Assembly (NCBI GenBank): GCA_020049295.1
Contig: JAIFLC010000018.1
Span: 1-56,309, forward strand
Length of the DNA stretch: 56,309 bases
Source: Bacteroidota bacterium
Lineage (GTDB): Bacteria > Bacteroidota > Bacteroidia > Bacteroidales > UBA12077
Direction: 5' to 3'
The first letter of the stretch is position 1. The number at the start of each line of letters is the position of its first letter. The position numbers and the translations under genes were made by a program. This document shows positions 39,692 through 49,453 of this stretch, in pieces. Below the pieces are notes generated by a model. That model was not told where the DNA came from and ran no database searches. It was given only the letters and a program-made list of their open reading frames with translations.

Positions 39692-40810
39692 ATGAGCAAA
39701 TTAAAACTGTTAATTGTTGATGATGAGCAAGGAATCAGATTTGGTATAAAGCGGGTATTAATGAATTTTTCGGTGAGTTATCCTTTTATGGATGATGATT
39801 TTACCTTTGATGTATTGGAGGCTGAAACCGGAGAAAAAGCTTTAGAAATAATTGAATCGGAGGGTGTTGATATTGTTTTATTGGATAATAAATTACCCGG
39901 AATGGATGGTATTGAAGTGCTCAATTATATTAAGAGCAAAAACTATGATATTTCTGTTAGTATGATAACATCCTATGCATCGCTTGAACTGGCAGTTAAA
40001 GCTACTAACTTCGGCGCTTACAGTTTTATTCCTAAACCTTTTACTCCGCAGGAAATAAAAACAGCACTCGAAGGGATAACTAAGAACTTGTACTTAAAGC
40101 GAATGACAAAAAAAATGAATGAGGAAAGCAAACAAGTCCGATTTCAGTTTTTGTCTGTATTATCACACGAATTAAAATCACCTATTAATGCAATTGAGGG
40201 ATATCTTAAAATAATTCAGGAAAAACAAGCGGGTGAACAAGTTGATGATTATATGCTAATGATTAACAGATCCATTGAACGTCTTAAAGGAATGCGCACA
40301 CTTATTCTCGACCTACTCGACTTAACCAAAATGGAAACCGATAATAAACAACGAAAGTTGGTAAATGTTGATCTTCACGAAATCGCCAAAATTGTTATAG
40401 ATACTGTTGAACCGCTTGCAATTCAGAGAAATGTAAAAATTTACCTGGATGGGGAAGAAAATACCTTCATTAATGCAGATAGGAATGAAATGGAAATTAT
40501 ATTTAATAATCTGGTATCGAATGCAGTTAAATATAACAGAGAAGGAGGGAAAGTATTTATTACCATTGATAAACAAAAAGGGCTAATTAAGATAACTGTC
40601 GAAGATACAGGCATTGGTATACGAAAGGAAGATCAGGTATTGTTGTTTCAGGATTTTGTACGAATTAAAAACGCCAAAACAATGAATACAACAGGAAGCG
40701 GGCTTGGATTATCAATTACTAAAAAAATGGTTGAGTTGTATAATGGAACAATTGAATTGGAGAGTACCCCTGATGTTGGAAGTAAATTTATAGTTAAAAT
40801 ACCAATTTAG
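39692..40810 (+). CDS. hybrid receiver-histidine kinase (REC-HisKA-HATPase)
   Basis: N-terminal receiver (LLIVDDE, VLLDNKLPGMDG), then an H-box (SHELKSPINAI) and an ATPase domain (GSGLGLSI). No TM or sensor domain. Confidence 0.85.
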   Translation: MSKLKLLIVDDEQGIRFGIKRVLMNFSVSYPFMDDDFTFDVLEAETGEKALEIIESEGVDIVLLDNKLPGMDGIEVLNYIKSKNYDISVSMITSYASLELAVKATNFGAYSFIPKPFTPQEIKTALEGITKNLYLKRMTKKMNEESKQVRFQFLSVLSHELKSPINAIEGYLKIIQEKQAGEQVDDYMLMINRSIERLKGMRTLILDLLDLTKMETDNKQRKLVNVDLHEIAKIVIDTVEPLAIQRNVKIYLDGEENTFINADRNEMEIIFNNLVSNAVKYNREGGKVFITIDKQKGLIKITVEDTGIGIRKEDQVLLFQDFVRIKNAKTMNTTGSGLGLSITKKMVELYNGTIELESTPDVGSKFIVKIPI

Positions 40811-40943
40811 CGAAATAGAAAATTGTATTGATTTCATGATATAAATCTTTATTTAATTGGAAATCATTTATTTTATTTGCAATCTGAAATAATAAATAGT
40901 AGTTATATAAATCAATTAATATTAAATCTAATCATTTTAAATT

Positions 40944-42170
40944 ATGTTAAAAAAGAATGTTTTATTGATGGCATTAAGCCTGATTATTTTCACTCAGGTT
41001 TCATTTGCTCAGGATACAGAGAAAAAAGAAGAAAATAAAAAGATTGAACTTAAACCTTATGGATTTATAAAAGGTGATATGGTTTATTCAAGTGGAGAGG
41101 TTACTTCATTTAGTGCTTTTAACCTTGGAGCAGCTCAAATTGCAACTGGTAAAGATCAGGAAGCAGTTGGTTTTACAGCACAGCATACACGTTTTGGACT
41201 AAAAGGTAGTGTTGGTGATAAAATCAAAGCTGGTGGTGTTATCGAAATGGATTTCTTTGGAGGTTCGTTTGATGCAAATGTTAAACCACGTATCCGATTA
41301 GCTTATGCTTCTATTATTAGCGGTGGTTTTGAAGCAAGAATGGGTCAGCAATGGGATATTTTTTCTCCAAACAATGCAAATACAAACAATACAAATGGTA
41401 ATATGTGGTTTGCTGGCAACAGAGGTTTCCGCAGAGGACAAATTCAGTTAAGTTATCAAATTAATAATAAGAGTTTTGCTCCAATGTTTCAGATTTCATT
41501 AGCTGAAGCTACAAGAGATGAGGCTGGATTAGGTAAAGATAATTTATCAGGTATGCCAATGTTTCAGGCAAGAGTATCTGGCAAAATAATGGATAAATAT
41601 ACTATTGGTTTATCTTATGTTAATGCAAGCTATCTTGAGGCTAAAAACACTATCGAAGCAACAGGTACATTAAAAGATACGTTGAAATCAGACCGTACCT
41701 ATAAAACAAGCGGTTTTGGCGTTGATGTTAACTTGCCAATTCATAAATATTTTTCATTAGTTGGTGAGTTTAATTCTGGAAAAAACTTAAATAATGCAAA
41801 CCTGTTTAACATTGCAGGTAATTATGGATATGTAATTGATGATGTTACAAAGAAAGTTGTCGATAATAATAGAAAAAGCATGGGTTTTTGGTTAAATGCA
41901 ACATCTACAATTAATCCCTGGTTACAGGTTGTTGTTGGTTATGGTTGCGACAGAAATACTAGCGATAAATATGCTGTTGGTGAACTTGCAAGAAATAGAG
42001 TTGTCTATGGTGACCTTATCTTCCCAATAAAACATGGATTTTCTGTAGCACTAGAATATCAGTATATTACAACAAACAAGATTAATTCGCTCGAAACAAA
42101 TGGCGATATAGCACATACCGATCGATTCACAGCAGGTATTATCAATTTATCAGCTAAACTTACATTCTAG
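40944..42170 (+). CDS. outer-membrane beta-barrel porin-like protein
   Basis: Signal peptide (LLMALSLIIFTQVSFAQ), alternating beta-strand pattern and a C-terminal aromatic residue (KLTF). The family is not identified. Confidence 0.55.
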   Translation: MLKKNVLLMALSLIIFTQVSFAQDTEKKEENKKIELKPYGFIKGDMVYSSGEVTSFSAFNLGAAQIATGKDQEAVGFTAQHTRFGLKGSVGDKIKAGGVIEMDFFGGSFDANVKPRIRLAYASIISGGFEARMGQQWDIFSPNNANTNNTNGNMWFAGNRGFRRGQIQLSYQINNKSFAPMFQISLAEATRDEAGLGKDNLSGMPMFQARVSGKIMDKYTIGLSYVNASYLEAKNTIEATGTLKDTLKSDRTYKTSGFGVDVNLPIHKYFSLVGEFNSGKNLNNANLFNIAGNYGYVIDDVTKKVVDNNRKSMGFWLNATSTINPWLQVVVGYGCDRNTSDKYAVGELARNRVVYGDLIFPIKHGFSVALEYQYITTNKINSLETNGDIAHTDRFTAGIINLSAKLTF

Positions 42171-42205
42171 GATATCAAACTTCTTAATACTCAATAAAAA
42201 TTTAT

Positions 42206-42237
42206 AAAGGATAGCAGCCTGCTATCCTTTATTTTTT
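42206..42237 (+). terminator. rho-independent terminator after the porin gene
   Basis: AAAGGATAGCAG / CTGCTATCCTTT inverted repeat followed by ATTTTTT. Confidence 0.75.
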
Positions 42238-42282
42238 ATCTGAATAGTTGTATTTTCACACAAGTGAACAATTAATTAAAAT

Positions 42283-44712
42283 ATGCCAATTCGTAGAAAA
42301 AACTTCTTGTTTTCTCCATGGTTTATGGGTTTACTATTTTTAGTGCTTGCAATAGTAATGGCCTTTGCAACCTATATCGAAAATGACTATGGTGCTGAGG
42401 TCTCGAGATATTTTATTTATAACACATGGTGGTTTGAAATGATTTTCCTTTTGGTTCTAATTAATCTTCTAGGTCAGATAATTGTGTTAAAACTTTACAA
42501 AAAAAAGAAACTTACCATATTCCTTTTTCACTTTTCATTCGCTTTAATAATTATAGGGGCAGCTATAACCAGATATTGCGGAATAGAGGGAACAATGCAT
42601 ATAAGGGAGGGGGAGAGCAGTAATAAAGTAAAAATTGTAAATAACTCGAAATACGAGAAAAAGAAGAACGGCGAACAAATTATAGAAATTCCTTTTTTTA
42701 TAAAACTTAAGAAGTTTAATATAGAAAGATATCCCGGATCAAATAGCCCATCATCATTTAAAAGTGATGTACTGGTTATTGATAATGAAAAGCAAACTGA
42801 AAAAGCATACTCTATCTATATGAACCATATTCTAAAATATAGAGGATTCCGGTTTTTTCAGTCATCGTACGATCAGGATGAAAAAGGTACAGTTTTGTCG
42901 GTAAACAAAGACAGGATTGGTATTTTTGTAACATACACCGGATATTTTATGATGATCGTATTTTTTATACTTTCATTAGTAAATAAATACTCTTTTTTCA
43001 GAAATGTAACTCAAAATCTTTGGAAACATAAAACGCCCAAATCCGGTTTATTGGTAGCTTTATTTCTATTAATTACAGGATTAAGCTATGGGATTGAAAA
43101 AGAAAAAATAGTTATCCCCAAGGCACAAGCTGACGAATTTGGGGAGTTACTTGTGCAGGATCAGAAAGGTAGAACAAAGCCATTATATACCTTAAGTCAT
43201 GACATAATAAGAAAGATTTCGAAGAAACCATCTTTCGATGGATTATCCTCAATGCAGGTATTTATGGGTTTTTATTTTGATTTCGAGCAATGGAAAGATG
43301 TTCCGGTTATAAAGATTTCGAATCAAGAAATTGCGAAAAATATTGGTGTGAAGACTGATTATGCTGCCTTTACTGATTTTATTGACCTAAAAGACAACAC
43401 ATATAAATTGAGTAATATACTCGATATTGCTTACTCAAAACCAGCAGGAGTTCGCAATAAGTTGGAAAAAGAAGCTATAAAGATTGATGAAAGATTAAAT
43501 ATCTGTTTTATGATTTATCGAGGTGATTTTCTAAGGATATTTCCAATAGATGACTCAACTAAAGCTTGGTATTCGCCTAAAGATGCAATTATTCTTGCAA
43601 AATCTGATCAGGATTCGTTATACCTGTCTGGTATTTTAAATATGTATTATGCTGAAATAAAAAGTGGAAATTCAGAAAATGCCCAGATATGCTTGTCATC
43701 GATAAAACAATATCAGCAGGAGAATGCCAGTTATAAACTGCCGTCTGAATTAAAAATTAAAGCAGAGATATTTTATTATAAGTCGGCAATATTTGAGCAG
43801 TTGTTTCCAATCTATTCTTTACTAGGTCTTTTTTTATTCATCTTTTTAATTTATCAGATTATATCCAGAGGGAACAGGTTGGATTTTGTAATTACTATTG
43901 TAAGCTGGATTCTGCTTGCTGGTTTTGTTGTACATACTTTTGGATTGATACTCAGATGGTATATTTCTGAACATGTGCCAATGAGCAATGGATATGAAAC
44001 TATGATTTTTATTTCCTGGGTAACCATTCTGGCAGGATTTATTTTTCGAAAGAAATCACCTCTTGTACTGTCAGCTACTGCATTATTAGCATCGCTAACT
44101 TTATTAGTTGCACATTTGAGTTTTATGGATCCGGAAATTACAAACCTAGTTCCTGTTTTGCAGTCGTATTGGTTAACACTTCACGTTTCAGTAATTACTA
44201 GCAGTTATGCATTTTTAGGTTTGGGTGCTATTTTAGGGATAATTTGTATGATATTGTATTCTATTTTAAATAATAAAAATAAATACGAAATATTAAAGAC
44301 AATTGATGAATTAACCATTATTAATTATAAAACATTAATTGTAGGCCTTTATCTTCTCACAATAGGAACCTTTTTAGGAGCTATCTGGGCAAACGAATCG
44401 TGGGGGCGCTATTGGGGATGGGATCCAAAAGAAACCTGGTCGTTAATAACTATAATTGTTTACAGTTTTGTTATTCATTCACGCATGATCGAAACCTTTA
44501 AAGATATCTTTGTTTTTAATCTGATATCGATGATTGCCTTTTCATCGGTTTTAATGACCTATTTTGGGGTGAACTATTATTTATCAGGGTTACATTCGTA
44601 TGCTAGTGGAGATCCAGTTCCGATTCCTAATTTTGTGTATATTACTTTATTTCTGCTGATTTCATTATCTGCTTTTGCTTCATACAAGTGCCGAAAATAT
44701 GAATCTAAATAA
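42283..44712 (+). CDS. ccsBA: fused system II cytochrome c synthase (ResB/CcsB-like plus CcsA)
   Basis: 809 aa. The N-terminal part is a ResB-like membrane/periplasmic region. The C-terminal part has the CcsA WWD motif (WGRYWGWDPKETWS). Confidence 0.85.
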   Translation: MPIRRKNFLFSPWFMGLLFLVLAIVMAFATYIENDYGAEVSRYFIYNTWWFEMIFLLVLINLLGQIIVLKLYKKKKLTIFLFHFSFALIIIGAAITRYCGIEGTMHIREGESSNKVKIVNNSKYEKKKNGEQIIEIPFFIKLKKFNIERYPGSNSPSSFKSDVLVIDNEKQTEKAYSIYMNHILKYRGFRFFQSSYDQDEKGTVLSVNKDRIGIFVTYTGYFMMIVFFILSLVNKYSFFRNVTQNLWKHKTPKSGLLVALFLLITGLSYGIEKEKIVIPKAQADEFGELLVQDQKGRTKPLYTLSHDIIRKISKKPSFDGLSSMQVFMGFYFDFEQWKDVPVIKISNQEIAKNIGVKTDYAAFTDFIDLKDNTYKLSNILDIAYSKPAGVRNKLEKEAIKIDERLNICFMIYRGDFLRIFPIDDSTKAWYSPKDAIILAKSDQDSLYLSGILNMYYAEIKSGNSENAQICLSSIKQYQQENASYKLPSELKIKAEIFYYKSAIFEQLFPIYSLLGLFLFIFLIYQIISRGNRLDFVITIVSWILLAGFVVHTFGLILRWYISEHVPMSNGYETMIFISWVTILAGFIFRKKSPLVLSATALLASLTLLVAHLSFMDPEITNLVPVLQSYWLTLHVSVITSSYAFLGLGAILGIICMILYSILNNKNKYEILKTIDELTIINYKTLIVGLYLLTIGTFLGAIWANESWGRYWGWDPKETWSLITIIVYSFVIHSRMIETFKDIFVFNLISMIAFSSVLMTYFGVNYYLSGLHSYASGDPVPIPNFVYITLFLLISLSAFASYKCRKYESK

Positions 44713-44862
44713 GTTTTAGTTTTTTTAAGTAACGGGGGTAGGCCTCACTAAAAATTTATGTTTAAGAATAGAGTTATTAAACATATTATAAAATCCAGAA
44801 TTACAAAACAAAGAAATTCAATAAGATAGATCAAATAAAGACGCATCTTTCTTTTTATCAAG

Positions 44863-44895
44863 TGTGAAAACAATAACAGTGTGAAAATCGTAACA
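44863..44895 (+). promoter_or_regulatory. tandem CRP/FNR-like palindromes upstream of hydrogenase cluster 1
   Basis: TGTGA-AAACAA-TAACA (44863-44878), then G, then TGTGA-AAATCG-TAACA (44880-44895). The element ends 10 bp before a TATCTTTG -7 box. Confidence 0.6.
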
Positions 44896-44905
44896 AAAAT
44901 ATTTT

Positions 44906-44913
44906 TATCTTTG
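44906..44913 (+). promoter_or_regulatory. candidate -7 box (TATCTTTG), distal promoter of hydrogenase cluster 1
   Basis: Exact TAnnTTTG match with the same 10-bp spacing from the tandem element as at 53076-53083. A second TAnnTTTG match (TAATTTTG) lies at 45051-45058. Confidence 0.4.
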
Positions 44914-45101
44914 TGCTGAAAAAAAATGTTCTTGGTTATTAAATATACTATTGAATTTTCATTTAATAATCCGTAATTTATGATTTTGTGTTCTTAAGCA
45001 TTAAGGTTTTTAAACATCATTTATTACGCGAATAAATTGATACGATGCGGTAATTTTGCACTTAAAATAAAAGACAAATCAATTAATAATTACGATAAGA
45101 T

Positions 45102-45497
45102 ATGACAAAAATCAAAACAATTGCAGATCTTGTAAAATTGCGAGACGAACTGCAATCGAAACAAGCCCTTGCTGATAGTGCTGATAATGCTGAAAGTATT
45201 ATTCAGATTAAAATTGGTATGGGTACCAGCGGAATTGCTTCGGGAGCCAAAGATGTTATGGATTTTTTAATTGAAGCCTTGGAAAAAAGAAATATTGAAG
45301 CAATCGTATCTCAAACTGGTGATATGGGTTATAGCTATGCAGAACCTACTATTTCTGTAAAAAAACCAGGCAAATCTCCTATTATTTTCGGCTATGTTAA
45401 TGTTCAAAAAGCTGATGAGATAATTGAAAAATACATTAAACGTGACGAACTGGTTGAAGGTGTTATACCAGTTAATTATCATACTATTGATAATTAA
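45102..45497 (+). CDS. HndB-like thioredoxin-fold ferredoxin-domain protein lacking all Cys
   Basis: 131 aa. The layout is homologous to the N-terminal domain of ORF 53587-55533 ([14 protein letters not shown]... / ...[11 protein letters not shown]). The protein contains no cysteine. Confidence 0.6.
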   Translation: MTKIKTIADLVKLRDELQSKQALADSADNAESIIQIKIGMGTSGIASGAKDVMDFLIEALEKRNIEAIVSQTGDMGYSYAEPTISVKKPGKSPIIFGYVNVQKADEIIEKYIKRDELVEGVIPVNYHTIDN

Positions 45498-45517
45498 AAA
45501 ATTTGGAGGAAATAAAT

Positions 45518-46984
45518 ATGACAAAATATAAACAAATAAGAATAGTACTTAATAATTGCGGAGTTATAGATCCTGAAAATATTGAAGAAAGCATTGCTCG
45601 GGATAGTTATATGGCTTTAGGTAAATGTATTACCGAAATGACTCCACAAGATGTTATTAAAGAAATTAAAGAATCTGGATTAAGAGGTCGTGGCGGAGGT
45701 GGTTTCCCAACTGGCTTAAAATGGGAGATTGCATCAAAAAACCATGCCGATCAAAAATATGTAGTTTGTAATGCCGACGAAGGCGATCCGGGTGCATTTA
45801 TGGACAGATCGGTACTTGAAGGCGATCCACACGCTGTTTTGGAAGCTATGGCAATTTGCGGATATGCAATTGGTGCAACAAAAGGATTGATTTATATCCG
45901 TGCGGAATATCCAATGGCAATCAAACGTCTCAAAATTGCAATTGATCAAGCTCTTGAATATGGACTTTTAGGTAATAATATCTTTGGAAGCAAATTCGAC
46001 TTTAACATTGAATTACGATATGGTGCTGGTGCATTTGTTTGCGGTGAGGAAACATCATTAATTCATTCCATGGAAGGATTACGTGGTGAACCAACAATAA
46101 AACCACCATTCCCTGCAGAAAAAGGTTATCTAGGAAAACCCACAAATGTGAATAATGTAGAAACCTTTGCTTGTGTTCCTATAATTATCAGAAAAGGAGC
46201 AAGCTGGTTTAACAAAATTGGTACTGAAAAATCGAAAGGAACAAAAGTATTTGCATTAGCAGGAAAGGTTAACAACGTTGGACTAATCGAAGTTCCAATG
46301 GGCACGACCTTACGTGAGGTGATTTTTGAGATCGGCGGTGGAATTCAAAATGGTAAAAAATTTAAAGCTGTTCAAACTGGTGGTCCATCGGGTGGTTGCT
46401 TAACCGAAAAACACCTCGATACTCCAATAGATTTTGATAATCTTATTGCAGCAGGTTCTATGATGGGCTCTGGTGGTATGATTGTTATGGACGAAGATAA
46501 CTGTATGGTTTCTGTAGCCAAATTTTATCTCGATTTTACTGTCGAAGAATCATGTGGAAAATGTTCTCCTTGCCGTATTGGTAATAAAAGACTCTACGAA
46601 TTACTCGAAAGAATTACAAAAGGACAGGGCGTAATGGATGATTTGCAGCGATTACGAAATATGAGTAATGTGATTAAAGATACATCTCTATGCGGATTAG
46701 GACAAACATCTCCAAATCCGGTATTGTCAACCCTCGATAATTTTTATGATGAATATGTAGCTCACATTAAGGATCATAAATGCCCTGCTGGCCAATGCAA
46801 AGATTTAATGAAGTATTTCATTATTGCTGAAAATTGTGTTGGTTGTACAGCTTGTGCCCGTGTTTGTCCGGTTGGAGCAATTACTGGCGAAAAGAAAGAA
46901 CCTCATTTTATCAATTCTGAAATCTGTATTAAATGCGGTGCTTGTATGGAGAGATGTAAATTTGACGCAATCATTATTAAATAA
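45518..46984 (+). CDS. hydB: NuoF-like NAD(P)H/FMN subunit of a multimeric [FeFe]-hydrogenase (HydB/HndC type)
   Basis: [37 protein letters not shown] and two C-terminal ferredoxin motifs ([23 protein letters not shown]). The ATG at 45518 is preceded by GGAGG, and I prefer it over the TTG at 45503. Confidence 0.9.
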   Translation: MTKYKQIRIVLNNCGVIDPENIEESIARDSYMALGKCITEMTPQDVIKEIKESGLRGRGGGGFPTGLKWEIASKNHADQKYVVCNADEGDPGAFMDRSVLEGDPHAVLEAMAICGYAIGATKGLIYIRAEYPMAIKRLKIAIDQALEYGLLGNNIFGSKFDFNIELRYGAGAFVCGEETSLIHSMEGLRGEPTIKPPFPAEKGYLGKPTNVNNVETFACVPIIIRKGASWFNKIGTEKSKGTKVFALAGKVNNVGLIEVPMGTTLREVIFEIGGGIQNGKKFKAVQTGGPSGGCLTEKHLDTPIDFDNLIAAGSMMGSGGMIVMDEDNCMVSVAKFYLDFTVEESCGKCSPCRIGNKRLYELLERITKGQGVMDDLQRLRNMSNVIKDTSLCGLGQTSPNPVLSTLDNFYDEYVAHIKDHKCPAGQCKDLMKYFIIAENCVGCTACARVCPVGAITGEKKEPHFINSEICIKCGACMERCKFDAIIIK

Positions 46985-46998
46985 TAATAAGTTGTACA

Positions 46999-48774
46999 AT
47001 GGAAAAAGTAAAATTATCAATAGATAACAAGCTTGTAGAAGTAGAAAAAGGGACTACTATTTACAAAGCTGCTAAACAATTAGGAATCGATATCCCTGTG
47101 CTTTGTTACATGAATCTCGAAGGACTTGGTATTGAAAATAAACCAGGTGGTTGCCGAATTTGTGTTGTCGAAGTAGAAGGAAGAAGGAATCTGGCTCCAT
47201 CATGCTCAACAGATTGTACAGAGGGAATGGTAGTTCATACTCACACTATGCGAGTTATAAATGCCCGAAGAACAGTTATGGAATTTATCCTTTCAGATCA
47301 TCCAAAAGATTGCTTAACATGTGCAAAATCGGGTAATTGTGAATTGCAGGATATGGCTGTAAAATTGGGTATTAGAGAAATTCCTGGTCAGGAATATGCT
47401 GCCATGTCAACATACAAAATGGATTTTTCACCATCTATAATCCGCGATCTTGATAAATGCATCATGTGCCGTCGTTGTGAAATGATGTGTAATGAATTTC
47501 AAACAGTAGGTGCATTATCAGCTTTTAACCGAGGATTTCAGTCAGCAGTTGGTCCTGCTTTTGAAATGGATATTGAGGATTCAACATGTACATATTGTGG
47601 ACAGTGTGTTGCAGTTTGCCCAACTGGAGCATTAACCGAAAAGGACCACACCCGCGATGTTATTAATGCACTTTCTGATCCTACTAAAACGGTTATTGTT
47701 CAAACTGCTCCTGCAGTTCGTGCTGCTCTTGGAGAAGAGTTTGGCCTAAAACCTGGAACATTGGTTACGGGTAAAATGGTTACTGCATTGCGTCGTTTGG
47801 GATTTAACTATGTGTTCGATACTGATTTTGCTGCCGACTTAACCATTATGGAAGAAGGTACAGAACTATTAGGACGATTAACCAAATTTCTTGGCGGTGA
47901 TAAAGAGGTTAAGTTACCAATACTTACATCTTGCTGTCCTGCTTGGGTTAATTTCTTCGAGCATAATTTCCCCGAAATGAAAGATATTCCATCAACAGCT
48001 CGTTCTCCACAACAGATGTTTGGTGCTATTGCCAAAACATATTTTGCTGATAAAATAAAAGTTAAGCGTGAAGATTTGGTGGTAGTTTCTATCATGCCAT
48101 GTCTGGCAAAGAAATACGAAGCACAACGCGATGAGTTTAAAGTTGATGGAAATCCGGATGTGGATTTTTCTCTTTCGACACGTGAGCTTGCTCATTTAAT
48201 TAAACAAGCTAATCTCGATCTAAAAACATTACCTGATGAAGATTTTGACAAACCACTTGGTGAATCTACCGGTGCTGCAGTAATTTTTGGTGTTACCGGT
48301 GGTGTTATCGAAGCTGCTACCCGAACTGCATATGAATTACATACAGGTAAAAAACTAGCTAAAGTTGAATTTGAGCAATTGCGCGGAATGGAATTTATCC
48401 GAAAAGCAACAATCGATTTTAATGGGACTCCTATAAATATTGGTATTGCACATGGATTAGGAAATGCACGTAAACTCCTTGATGAAATAAAAGCAGGTAA
48501 GTCTGAATTCCATGCAATAGAAATAATGGCTTGTCCAGGAGGTTGTATAGGTGGCGGTGGTCAGCCATTGCACCATAGCGACTCAAGTATTCTTAAAGCT
48601 CGTACAAAAGCAATTTATGCCGAGGATGAAGGTAAAGTTCTTCGTAAATCACACGAAAACCCATACATTATTAAATTGTATGAAGAGTTCTTAGGTAAAC
48701 CAATGAGCGAAAAAGCTCATCATTTGTTGCATACACATTATTTCGACAAAAGCGGAAAAATTGAAATCAGCTAG
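46999..48774 (+). CDS. hydA: [FeFe]-hydrogenase catalytic subunit (group A, multimeric/bifurcating type)
   Basis: All three H-cluster motifs are present (TSCCPAWV, IMPCLAKKYE, EIMACPGGCIGGGGQP), along with N-terminal [2Fe-2S] and multiple [4Fe-4S] domains. Confidence 0.95.
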   Translation: MEKVKLSIDNKLVEVEKGTTIYKAAKQLGIDIPVLCYMNLEGLGIENKPGGCRICVVEVEGRRNLAPSCSTDCTEGMVVHTHTMRVINARRTVMEFILSDHPKDCLTCAKSGNCELQDMAVKLGIREIPGQEYAAMSTYKMDFSPSIIRDLDKCIMCRRCEMMCNEFQTVGALSAFNRGFQSAVGPAFEMDIEDSTCTYCGQCVAVCPTGALTEKDHTRDVINALSDPTKTVIVQTAPAVRAALGEEFGLKPGTLVTGKMVTALRRLGFNYVFDTDFAADLTIMEEGTELLGRLTKFLGGDKEVKLPILTSCCPAWVNFFEHNFPEMKDIPSTARSPQQMFGAIAKTYFADKIKVKREDLVVVSIMPCLAKKYEAQRDEFKVDGNPDVDFSLSTRELAHLIKQANLDLKTLPDEDFDKPLGESTGAAVIFGVTGGVIEAATRTAYELHTGKKLAKVEFEQLRGMEFIRKATIDFNGTPINIGIAHGLGNARKLLDEIKAGKSEFHAIEIMACPGGCIGGGGQPLHHSDSSILKARTKAIYAEDEGKVLRKSHENPYIIKLYEEFLGKPMSEKAHHLLHTHYFDKSGKIEIS

Positions 48775-48803
48775 TTTGAAATTAAATTTGGAGGAAAAAA
48801 TCA

Positions 48804-49292
48804 ATGTCAAGAATAAAAGTTAAAATAAAAGAAAAAGACTTAAATATCATTAAGGAAATTTGTAAGTCATTTAATAACGAACAAGGTGAGTTGATAAATG
48901 TGTTACACAAAACTCAGGAACATTTTGGTTATTTACCTGCCGAGATTCAGGAAGTAGTTGCCAAAGAATTGGAAATGTCAGTTGCTAAAGTATATGGTGT
49001 AGTTACATTCTACTCATTCTTTACCATGAAACCAAAAGGCAAATTCCCAATTTCTATATGTACTGGAACAGCATGTTATGTGCGTGGCGCCGAAAATGTA
49101 TTAGGAGAATTTAAAAGACAGTTAAATATTGAGGTTGGAGAAACAACTCCGGATGGCAAATTCTCATTAAGCTGCCTCCGTTGTGTTGGTGCTTGCGGTT
49201 TGGCTCCTGTCGTATTAGTTGGTGATAAAACGTATGGTAGGGTTTCGCCCGAAGGAGTTAAAGATATTCTTGCTGAATACAACGATAAATAG
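48804..49292 (+). CDS. hydC: NuoE-like [2Fe-2S] subunit (HydC/HndA type)
   Basis: 162 aa with an intact Cys pattern (ICTGTACYVRGA ... CLRCVGACGLAP). GGAGG lies 9 nt upstream of the ATG. Confidence 0.9.
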   Translation: MSRIKVKIKEKDLNIIKEICKSFNNEQGELINVLHKTQEHFGYLPAEIQEVVAKELEMSVAKVYGVVTFYSFFTMKPKGKFPISICTGTACYVRGAENVLGEFKRQLNIEVGETTPDGKFSLSCLRCVGACGLAPVVLVGDKTYGRVSPEGVKDILAEYNDK

Positions 49293-49429
49293 TTGGATAG
49301 AATCAAGATTGTTAGACACAAGATTTTAGTTAAAACTATTTTTTAGTCTAAAGTCTCAAATCTAATATCTCAATACTAAATTATAATTTTAGAGTTAATT
49401 AGAGTAATTGTAATAGTTATTCAAAAGAA

Positions 49430-49452
49430 AGCATCCTTTGGGGTGCTTTTTG
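49430..49452. terminator. bidirectional terminator between hydC and the PP2C gene
   Basis: AGCATCC (49430-49436) pairs with GGGTGCT (49441-49447). The hairpin is flanked by an A-rich stretch (CAAAAGAA) upstream and TTTTT downstream. Confidence 0.7.
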
Positions 49453-49453
49453 T

